DNA of 33,111 nucleotides from Macrostomum lignano (lineage: Eukaryota). Positions 10,001 to 20,200 of the stretch are shown piece after piece (position 1 is the stretch's first letter; each line of letters begins with the position of its first letter). The notes beneath the pieces were generated by a model. That model saw only the letters and a program-made list of their open reading frames with translations. It was not told the DNA's origin and searched no databases. A program made the position numbers and the translations under genes. The stretch spans positions 1 through 33,111 of the forward strand of contig NIVC01004857.1 in NCBI GenBank assembly GCA_002269645.1, read 5' to 3'.

Positions 10001-13000
10001 CTGACAAATTCAAGTGGACAGAGCTCAGGCAATGCACTCCGGAGTTTATACTTGCAGATATGACGTCATTGAGATTGAGACAGAAGTCTTTGTTCTTTGT
10101 GAGTAGAAAGTAGGCTGCCTTCAGAATCTTGTTGCTCAGTGTTGCTCAATGTTGCTCAGTGTTGCTCAGTGTTGCTCAATGTTGCTCAGTGTTGCTCAAT
10201 GTTGCTCAATGTTGCTCAGTGTTGCTCAGTGTTGCTCAATGTTGCTCAATGTTGCTCAATGTTGCTCAGTGTTGCTCAGTGTTGCTCAATGTTGCTCAGT
10301 GTTGCTCAGTGTTGCTCAGTGTTGCTCAATGTTGCTCAGTGTTGCTCAATGTTGCTCAGTGTTGCTCAGTGTTGCTCAGTGTTGCTCAATGTTGCTCAGT
10401 GTTGCTCAATGTTGCTCAGTGTTGCTCAGTGTTGCTCAGTGTTGCTCAATGTTGCTCAATGTTGCTCAGTGTTGCTCAGTGTTGCTCAGTGTTGCTCAAT
10501 GTTGCTCAGTGTTGCTCAGTGTTGCTCAGTGTTGCTCAATGTTGCTCAATGTTGCTCAAGTGTTGCTCAGTGTTGCTCAATGTTGCTCAATGTTGCTCAA
10601 TGTTGCTCAGTGTTGCTCAATGTTGCTCTGTTTGCTCAGTGTTGCTCAGTGTTGCTCAGTTTTGCTCAGTGTTGCTCAGTGTTGCTCAGTGTTGCTCAGT
10701 TGCTCAGTGTTGCTCAGTGTTGCTCAGTGTTGCTCAATGTTGCTCAGTGTTGCTCAGTGTTGCTCAGTGTTGCTCAGTGTTGCTCAATGTTGCTTAATGT
10801 TGCTCAGTGCTCAGTGTTGCTCAGTGTTGCTCAGTGTTGCTCAGTGTTGCTCAATGTTGCTCAGTTGCTTGCTCAGTGTTGCTCAATGTTGCTCAATGTT
10901 GCTCAATTGCACAATCGATTAACTCACCTTCATCAGGTGAGTTCCCAGTTCGGCGAAGTCGCATTCTGAGTTCGTGGCAGTCATCATTCGACGATGGTCC
11001 GACGTGTTTCCACAGCAGGAATCAGGCAGACGAAGCCTCCATCATCAGCAACAGGCAAACCAGCTACAAGTTCTTCCACAGCGCCAACAGAAGCCAAGCA
11101 GACGGCGGGTTTCACTGGTTCGCCGTGCAGCTGAATGAGCCAGTGATCATCAGATCTGTGACTTTGAAGGGCAGAGAGGGTGAGTGAAAGACAACTTACT
11201 TCTTCTTTCTGCCTTAGGCTTCTGTAAAGACTGAGTCTCCTGCTCTGAAGATTCCACCGTACAGTAATATGTTTCAGTAAGATCAAAAGTAACTCCTCAT
11301 CTTATTTTCAGACGGTGTGATATATAATTATAATCGAGCAAAGGACATTGAAATATTTACCTCCAACTCTAGCAGCTCCCTGATCCATGGGGATAACTGC
11401 AACATCAGGAATATGGGCCTTCAGTTTAAAAATTCGATGCACCTTTGGAGGCCATGCGGCGTAACTAAAAAGCAGGGAGACGTCGCAGATGGAGAAATGT
11501 TTCACGTGAAATGCGTTGCTGAGGTAAAAATATTTCAAATATCTGCAGTGATTTGAGTCTTATGGTCTCTTAAAGCAACCTGAAATGATGAGCATTTAAA
11601 CTGCAGGTCCGAAGTCTACTCCTGCGAAGAAACGTGTCTAAAGACACGGACGGGCACATGAGCTTTGCTGACCTGAGGCTTCAGACTGGGAAAATCAGTA
11701 AGATTTTTGAGCTGTCATGAGTTGTGTCCAAGTCCTGGTGTGTGTGCTAAGTTGAAGCGCTAGCAGTACATGCAAAATGACTGAAGTTCGTCTCAAAAGT
11801 GTCTCAAATCATTGCATTTCAGAAGTCGAGAGCCCCAAGGCGGTGCTGCAGCACTCAGCATTCTCAGTGCGCTGCCTTTTGGACTGCAACGGTCGAACCG
11901 AATTCTCACCGAAGTTGGAGCTCTGCCTTCCAAACGGAAGCTGCGTTGGACAAGCTGAAGCCGTCATTCACAGGGCGCAGCTGTGGCACCATGGAAACTA
12001 CACGTGCAAGCTGGGCAGCTCGCGGAGCTCAAAGTTCTTAACGGTGTTTTGTAAGTTGATTCCGGCCTCTGGATGACAGTCGATTGATTAGCATTTGGTT
12101 ACAGCAGCGTTGCACTGGGACTCCTCTCGTACACAGATTGGGACAAAATTCTCAGTGTATGCTCACAAGGAGTGCAAGCTTAAGGCTGACTGGTGGCAGT
12201 AGGAGCAGCCTTCAACGGCAGCAGATCAGACTGCATTTCAGGTCACCTTTCTATTAGCCTTTTATCCTTACAGGGTATGTCAACTAAGTCCGGAAAGGGA
12301 AACGGATTGTCAAAGGGGTGGTTTCTCTCTCGGACGCCATTATTGGATCCACCAACCAGTGTAGAACGATCGATGGAGATGTGTACATATTCAAAATATT
12401 CACATAGACTTTTGCACTCAAATGATGTGGAGTAACTTCTATTCATCTTCGGTACGGTATTCAATACGTATCGATCCACGGCCTAAATAGGTTTGAAAAA
12501 ATCATGAAAACCATCAGATAACTGAAAAGCTTATTGATCGAACTTGATGAACTCCATTCCCCTTTTTAATATGCTCACAGACCCGCCATCAAGCGCATCA
12601 ATTTCTGTACTCAATCTGCCAACCTGCGAGAACTCATCCGACGTATTGGTACAGTTCGCATCGTCTGCATCTCTACCAGTGCCCGAGCACAGATGCAGCG
12701 CTGTTGGTGGCGGATTGGAAGTGCGAAACCTCACGCAGCTGTCATTTGTGAGTCGCTTGCATTTTGCACTTTCACACTATGAGTGACTACGCGCTGACAT
12801 GCTGACCAGCGAGCTTCATCAATTCCAGAGCTCGTGCGGAGACGGTTGGGTCAGCACGTGGGCACTGGCGATCGGGGGGAAGCTGAGCTCAGAGTGGCTT
12901 GTGGGCCTCGTCGAGTGCAGCGCAGTGCAGAATCTGCCGCCGGAGATCCGGTTCAAGGCCGAGCACAGGGCCTCAGCTTGCTACAGCTGCGGCAGTCACA

Positions 13001-13438
13001 ATGGTCTCATCAAACCTGATGTGCAGTCCTTACACATGTACATTTCACAGTTCTTGTACGGATTTCTAACAGCAACTGCTCTGCTAAGTGTGCTCTTGCT
13101 TGTCTTGGGCTCGGTGAGTAACCCCTCTCTCTAAATTATATTTTCCGTCTCTGTGCTCTAAGCTGCCGTGTTGCATCTGCTAACTTCAGTTTTCAGTCAT
13201 CAAATTCAGAGTAACAAAGTCGTGGACAAAACAAACTATTCCAATGGTAAGCTTTGATTTTCTCAATCTGTACAGTCGACTCAAACTGTGACAGCTAAAG
13301 TTCGAACTCTTTGCGCTTTAGTCTGATCGATCCACGACGCCTGGATCTGGAGCACCGGTTGCTGCCGCTTCTGCTTCCATGGAGTATGAGAACTCTGGTT
13401 ACAACCTGGAGGATGCTACTGGTGTCTACGTGACCTGA
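7057..13438 (+). CDS. Gene B: double-lectin receptor, SP-FTP-Ig-Ig-Ig-(two decayed Ig)-FTP-Ig-proximal module-TM-Tyr tail
   Basis: Exons 7057-7120 (MKLTLLLLLLLALLCARATDT), 7192-7437, 7505-7719, 7787-7883 (lectin 1), 8115-8351, 8497-8745, 8835-9059 (Ig-like), 10937-11179, 11312-11523, 11607-11697 (lectin 2), 11823-12050 (Ig-like), 12581-12747, 12829-13113 (TM), 13190-13246 and 13322-13438 (tail [19 protein letters not shown]). The exon sum is 2733 nt = 910 aa + stop, open throughout when the two defective Ig exons are skipped. It could instead be two partial genes (7057-10098 and 10937-13438). Confidence 0.72.
9582..9705 (+). pseudogene. Decayed Ig-like pseudo-exon in gene B
   Basis: It keeps the family motif QLCTPSGDC and the terminal VAVL plus a phase-1 GTGAGT donor at 9706. 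It lacks the B-strand Cys region and the SGxYxC strand, and I found no phase-compatible acceptor. The start coordinate is approximate. Confidence 0.55.
9864..10098 (+). pseudogene. Frameshifted Ig-like exon in gene B
   Basis: Good acceptor (ttcccag) and donor (gtgagt). The first frame gives VSCSLHC...LRLCPPNGSC and a second frame continues VDRAQAMHSGVYTCRYD...VFVL. The exon is 235 nt (not 3n). Only 13 nt lie between the Cys codon and VDRAQ (10001-10013), versus 21 nt in the paralogous exon at 8115-8351. Confidence 0.75.
10130..10907. repeat. 10-bp minisatellite (TGTTGCTCAG/TGTTGCTCAA)n, ~77 units
   Basis: Two unit variants (G or A) are interspersed. The array fills the intron between the last Ig exon and lectin 2 of gene B. 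Confidence 0.97.
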
Positions 13439-13459
13439 GGGTTTTCAAGCTGGCAAAGT
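12517..13459 (+). repeat. Near-identical segmental duplicate of 25687-26629
   Basis: Constant offset of 13170 with no indels, and 29 substitutions in 943 bp by manual count (~97% identity). Confidence 0.95.
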
Positions 13460-14865
13460 GATCCTGATCCTGATCCTGATCCTGATCCTGATCCTTATCC
13501 TGTCCTGATCCTGATCCTGTTCCTGATCCTGATTCTGATCCCGATCCTGATCATGATCCTGATCCCGATCCTGATCCTGATCCCGATCCTGTCCTGATCC
13601 TGGATCCTGATTCTGATCCTGATCCTGATCCTGATCCTGATCCCGATCCTGTCCTGATCTTGATCCTGATCCAGATCCTGATCCTGATCCAGATCCTGAT
13701 CCTGATCCTGATCCTGATCCTGATGCTTATCCTTATCCCGATCCTGATCCCGATCCCGATCCTGATCCTGTCCCGATTCTGATCCTGATCCTGATCCTGA
13801 TCCTGATTCTGATCCTGATCCTGATCCTGATCCTGATCCTGATTCTGATCCCGATCCTGATCCTGATCCTGATCCTGATCCTGATCCTGATCCTGATTCT
13901 GATCCTGATTCTGATCCTGATCCTGATCCTGATCCCGATCCTGATCCTGATCCTGATCCTGATCCTGATCCCGATCCTGTCCTGATCTTGATCCTGATCC
14001 AGATCCTGATCCTGATCCAGATCCTGATCCTGATCCTGATCCTGATCCTGATCCTGATGCTTATCCTTATCTCGATCCTGATCCCGATCCCGATCCTGAT
14101 CCTGATCCTAATCCTGATGCTTATCCTGATCCTAAACCTGATCCTTATCCTGATCCCGATCCTGATCCTGATCCTGATCCTGATCCCGATCCTGATCCCG
14201 ATCCTGTCCTGATCCTGATCCTGATCCCGATCCCGATCCTGATCCTGATCCTGATCCTGATCCTGATGCTTATCCTGATCCCGTCCTGATCCTGATCCTG
14301 ATCCTGATCCTGATCCTGATCCTGATCCTCCTGATCCTGATCCTGATCCTGATCCTGATCCTCCTTATCCTGTCCTGATCCCGATCCTGATCTGATCCTG
14401 ATCCTGATCCTCCTGATCCTGATCCTGATCCTGATCCTGATCCTTATCCTGTCCTGATCCCGATCCTGATCCTGATCCTGATCCCGATCCTGATCCTGAT
14501 CCTGATCCTGATCCTGATCCTGATCCTGATCCTGATCCTGATCCTGTCCTGATCCTGTCCTGATCCCGATCCTGATCGATCCTGATCCTGATCCTGATCC
14601 TGATCCTGATCCTGATCCTGATCCCGATCCTGATCCTGATCCTGATCCTGATCCTGATCCTGATCCTGATCCTGATCCTGATCCTGATCCCGATCCTGTC
14701 CTGATCCTGATCCTGTCCTGATCCTGATCCTGATCCTGATCCTGATCCTGATCCTGATCCTGATCCTGATCCTCCTGATCCTGATCCTGATCCCGATCCT
14801 GATCCTGATCCTGATCCTGATCCTGATCCTGATCCTTCCTGATCCTGATCCTTATCCTTTCCTGA
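13460..14865. repeat. (GATCCT)n hexamer satellite, ~1.4 kb, starting 22 nt after the gene B stop
   Basis: gatcct units with gatccc/gattct/gatgct/tatcct/gtcct variants. Confidence 0.98.
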
Positions 14866-15329
14866 GCCTAATTCGATTTATTGTTCTCAGTTCATGAGGA
14901 TGTGTTTATCCCAGAGCTAGATTTACCGTACACATAGGCCAATATATTTTATTTTACTGCGCTTGATACACATTAGAAATAATGACGCAACACTCCCGAA
15001 TACTGTAAAACAGTTTTGAAGCCGACAGTTCAATTACCAATATCACCTGATCTGTTTGATGCAGAAGCAAAATTCTTTTGATAGTTTTTTCAGAATTTAT
15101 TCACAATTCACTTTTTTTCCAATAAACCATATGATATATAGTATTAGCCAATGCTAAACATAGCTGTGCCTTAAGCTACATCATATCTAGCCTAAAGTCT
15201 AAAAGCTAAGCACTGCAGGTCATTTGATGTTTTCAACAGTTTAATATTGGTCCAAGACTTTTTAAAACAAATTTATATTACCATACCTAATTTCATACTA
15301 AATTATATTAAAAAACAACAATATACACC

Positions 15330-16110
15330 TCTTGCCGGCCACAAGTGGTCACAGAGGGGGAGGTGTCAGAACACACGTCATTGGGCCGCACTTCTCAAAA
15401 ATTCATCTCCTCCAGTCAGAGTCGGAACGGGGGTTCTCGCATCCTTCAGAAGCAGCTCGGGGTAGCGCGTCGTTTGCCATTGGCTTCGTCTCCGCGGACC
15501 CTACGCCGTTGACGTAGCGTTGACGTTGACCTAGCAGGTCGTGTAACGGCTCACGGCAGCGACTCTTCGACCGGATGACGTGGCCAGCCAGCTTGAGCCA
15601 GCTTGAGAGCGCAGCATCACAGAGTGCTCGGCGTAGAGCAGAGAACAGTCTCGACGACTGCCCGAAACAGCTGAGCCCTGGTCGCGTCATCCAGAGCCTC
15701 AGATCGCAGCACTGCGAGTGCACCGAGCGTAAGGCGTCTCCTCAAGTCACGGCGATATCAGGCACGAGTTCGCCGAGGTATACAAAATGTGTGGAAGCGG
15801 GGTCTCATTCCTGACAGCATCTCGGCAGGTCCAGCGGCATAGTGAAGACTTCTGCGCGTGCAGCGTGAGAGGCCGACCATCGCTGCCGCTTTCGTCAAGC
15901 CATCCAGCAGCCGTTGGGCGCCTTCGACTGTTGAAGACACTGCAACGCTAGGTCATCCACGTAGCCGAGCACACAAAGACGCTTCTCCGGATGCCTCCGA
16001 CTCATGCGACGTCTAAGCATGAAGCCATTGCCATCGTCCGACTCAGGCAGTCTGGTTCTCAGCACCCAGTACTCGTACGGTACCAGCACAAATAGAAAAA
16101 GCGCCAGCGT
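15330..16110 (-). mobile_element. Degenerate RTE-like non-LTR retrotransposon fragment (C-terminal part of RT)
   Basis: Minus-strand frames give FLFVLV...WVLRT, RLCVLGYVDDLAL (YxDD motif), STVEGAQRLLDGLTKAAAMVGL, FVYLG and KLAGHVIRS, with many frameshifts. Boundaries are approximate. Confidence 0.8.
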
Positions 16111-16457
16111 GTCAACCTAAAGTAGTAATAATCTGCAGTACATGTACAAAGACAAGTAAACTGAGACAGTGTACCATTAAATTCGCATCTGGATTTTTGC
16201 ACTTCCGAATTCCAAATAGAGCTCTGTCAGGCGAAATTTCAGCTGTTCCTGTCTGTTTGAAATTATTGAGTTATAGTTTAATAAAAGTTTCATCATTAAG
16301 CAACGATGCATTGCATAAATGCAAAAGAAAACTCTATTTCAGCAATTCCTATACTGGAGTTAAATTGGAGGAGTAAGTGGGCGCAGGGCCCAAACCGATA
16401 TTTAATGGTATTTATACCAGACATTAACTTTGGGGGTTGAGCCCAGAATAATAAGGA

Positions 16458-16492
16458 GAGGGGGGCGGAGGGAGACTGGAGAGCCAATCAGA
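16458..16492 (+). promoter_or_regulatory. Possible GC box + CCAAT box upstream of gene C
   Basis: gggggcggag followed by agccaatcag about 720 bp upstream of the gene C ATG. Motif match only. Confidence 0.3.
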
Positions 16493-17210
16493 AGGCGGCG
16501 AGGGAGACAGAGATAAGAATAACAAGATTGAGCTAGACAGAGGGCCTTTTCATATTGCTTGTTCTGGTTCCAGAACCAGAACCAATTTGTGAAGTATAAC
16601 TTTTTGTCTCCATAACTAGAGGGAGATACGTGCTATAAAGTTTTTATTATTGAATGACAATCGCCAAGAAGAAAGTGAAAAATTGTGCTAAGTGAGGTTG
16701 TTAAGGCAGTCAAACATTCAACAGAGTTAAATAGTTATACTGCTGTTTTTCTTGGAAGATCCGAACCGATTCTGATTCTGGAATTGGTAATATGAAAAGC
16801 CTCAGAGAGAGAGGTGAACTAAGAAATGACTAGGAAAGTCGCGACACCTGCAGAGTCAGAGACGGCCAAGCAAACTCAGTCCCCATCGGAGCCAAGAAAC
16901 CCAAATATGATTTTCGTCGCTTATTCAAACCAAGTTCAGTTTGGCCAAGGACTTCTATTATCTAGAAGTCCTTGGTTTGGCTAAGCTGCAGCCAGAGAGT
17001 TTGTAAACATTTTATTTCAACTTGCAGTCTTATACACAGATGGAACTTGTAGTCACCACCTGCCGGAACAGAACTTGCGACTGCAGCCCTGCATCAATGG
17101 TTTCTGCAGCCAAATACAAAAGCCATGACACAAGATCAAAATGGATTCTTTTTTGCTGCGCTTGTTGTACTAACGACAGAATTGCTTTGAAGTGATCAGC
17201 AAGTGTCTGC

Positions 17211-20200
17211 ATGATGGAAGCTGCAGCGCTGATATCCCTGTTAGGGGCTCTGCTCTGCATCGCTACCTGTCTCTGCGACTGTGAGTGAAAGCTTTTTAAA
17301 CCCTCCAGGGTGTTTTTTCAAGCGAAATGGATTTCTAACTTCTCAAGTTCCTATGTTGCAGGTGGGGTGCCGATTCGCAACAAGACTGTACTCAACGCCT
17401 GGCAGTCCTCTTATTTCTATTCTTGCTTTCACGAGAGAGACCAGCTGAATGAGAGCAATGTTCTGAACACAAGCCAAAGTTTTCAGTTCATTCACAGCAA
17501 TGACAAAAAGCATTTTAACGATAGCGGATTTCACTGGTTCGCTGTGCAGCTGAGTGAGTCAGTGCTCATCGGTTCTGTGACAGTGAAGGGCAGCGAGGGT
17601 GAGTTACACCACAGACCAGTTTTATGAAGCACTGATTGACTAGTTGGTTAACTTACTTGACATAGCTTCAGGGAGTCCGGGCATCCGGATGCAGCGAGGC
17701 GTCGCCGCCCATTTTGCGAACCCCTGGCGACCAGGGAAGCTGGTGCTGCGGTGTTCTGCAGGGAGATCCGGTGGTGCCAGTGTCCGCAGCGCGGTAGCCC
17801 TTAGGTAGCGGACGAGCTGGCAGAGATTCTCGGGCCTGAAAACGTCGGAGAGGTCCGAGTTTGGGCTGAGGTAGGTGAAGCCTGTCCTGAGTAAAGGCGG
17901 AGCATTCACAGATGAAGTGCTCCGCATTCTCGACACCGGAGAGGCAGAAAGGGCATCATTCCTCGCTACGGATTTTTCCTGAAGGTAACGATGCCTGGCA
18001 AAACAGCCATGACCCGAGAGGTCCATGGTCACGGCCCTGATGTCCCTGCGGTTGAGTCCAAGCAGGACTCTTGGCTAGTTGGTTGATTTCATAAAAAACA
18101 GCAGCTGCTTTTTATTGACTGTCTAAGCTGGATGCTGTAATTTAACCCTAAAGTCATCGGTTCGCTTATGAAACTAAATCACTGCAGCATTCCTGAAACC
18201 CTCTTTCTTCCGGTATTTTTACAATCTCGTTGATCTGGCAATAATTTCAGTCTTCTCGGATGCTGAAATGTTCCGCAGCTCAGCTGGCATCGAGATCTGG
18301 ACTTCGAACTCAGAGGAGCAACTGTTTTCTGGCAATCACTGCAACTCAAAAAATATGAGCAAACAGTTTAATAAGTACCTGAGCAGTTGGAAGCGTTGCG
18401 GTGTCACTACAAATAGGTCGATGAGTAGCACACGTAATGGGCTCTACATGGTGGACTGTCTTGCAGAGGTGAGCATTGATGCTACAGAGATTATGTGCTT
18501 AATTAGTTCATCTCACCCGGATCTCAAAATGTTGAGTGCAACATCCCAGGTCCGGTATCTGCTCCTCAGGAGAAACGTGAGCCTGAGCTTCTCAGCCAGA
18601 GACTACGGCTATCTGAGCGTCTCAGATCTGACGCTGCAGACAGTGCGCCTGGGTGAGGCTGTGGACTTTCCCAAAGCACTTGAAGACCAGAGAAGCCTCA
18701 AAAGTGGCATGAAAATATCTGATAATATTGTGGGCTTTGGCCTGACTTTCTAGTCATCAGGCTTGTGCACTCTCTGTGCATTGGGGGCTGGCCTTCATGG
18801 GTCATGAATGACACGAGAACTGCCACGGTAAATAGCATTATAGCATTAAAGTATAAATTTATATGACTTGATTTGCAGTACCATCGACAGACCAACTTGT
18901 TGCTGCAAACGAAAGCTTTAACGTGAGCTGCTCGTGCATTCTATGCAACGGCACGGAGTTGAGCACGAACTCAAGGCAGCTGCAGCTGTGCCAACCAGAC
19001 GGAAACTGCACGAAAACCTGGAAGCTGTCGGTTGTGAAGGCACAGTCGCAGCACTCTGGCCTCTACACCTGCCAGCTTGGCTCTGCCGCAGAGTCAACTT
19101 CCGTCACAGTGCTGTGTGAGCTGAGTGTCATTGCTTGTCTCCATATTTAAATACAATTAATAGACAAAAAGCAACCATAACGTGTTGATTTTCAGCATCC
19201 TCGCATGCGCAAACAGCAGCCGAGAACGACAGTTTTGCAGTGAGCTGCACGCTGTACTTCAATGGTTCGGAGATCATTGGTAACAACACAAGCGGCATGC
19301 AGCTGTGCCAACCAGATGGGAACTGCAGTGCGGGCCCGGAGCTGCGGATCAACAGGGCGCTGCGGCAGCACTCCGGCAGCTACACCTGCCAGGTGAACTC
19401 CACTCGAGTTTCAACCTTCGTTACCGTGCTGTGTGAGTTTCATTTCAATTTGAAATTGAATGGATAAAGAAAGGCCCTTTAACTCATCTGAAATGTTTGT
19501 TATAGCCCAACAGAAACTTAGAAAATAAGTTTCCACTTGACTAAATAGCTTGTGATACAGATGATGATGTCGTTGTGTTGTTGTTGCTGCTGCTGTTGTT
19601 GTTGTTGTTGTTTTTTTTTTGTTGTGCTTTTAAACCTGATGTAACCGCCCTTGTCGCCTGTCCGCTCCGTAGAGAGACGAACGAGGGGGGGGGGAGACGA
19701 GAGAGGGGGCAATGACCGTAGGCTGCCTATGACCGGGCAATGACCTGACGGACCTCCAGCACCAGACTGTCCCGTCCACATGATTGATAGCTTTGGTAGT
19801 GCTTCGTGACCAGAGGGCCAAGGACCCACATGGACCCCACCTGCAGCCAAGGTGCAAAACCTGCAGCAAAGGCTGCCACCACTCTATGTGACCTGGCGCA
19901 CCTGGATCTTTCTACCAGACCTCTCGAGGCTAGAGCCCCGCCTGGGGTGGTTACCAGGAGATTTAGGCTAACAGGGGAGACACATGCAGCCGAGTACAGG
20001 GACTCTGCTTGGGGCATGATCGGGAACTCTGGGCTCAATCTGGAGGATTTCTCAGCAGGGGATCCTTTGTGGCTGTGAGCGAGGCTGACTTGCGACTTTG
20101 ATTACTAAGAGTAGTATGAGGCGAACATCTACTGTCTCTAGTTTAGATTGCTCAGGGCGAAGGGACGCGTCAGCATGGGGGTTGCAACCTTCCTACTGCC

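Noticed and set aside
10129-10969. Cys-rich VAQCCS ORFs in three frames
   Set aside because: A stop-free 10-bp repeat is open in all three frames, so this is an artefact.
12193-12479. Short ORFs on both strands in the gene B intron
   Set aside because: No recognisable motif, no family signature, and no splice-compatible open exon.
13379-13438. ITAM/ITIM/ITSM call for the tail
   Set aside because: The spacing does not fit: YENS, YNLE and YVT* have no YxxL/I/V.
7057-13438. Naming the genes Dscam, FREP or fucolectin
   Set aside because: There are no FN3 arrays, mutually exclusive exon clusters or fibrinogen domain, and the architecture differs from secreted fucolectins. No gene symbol is assigned.
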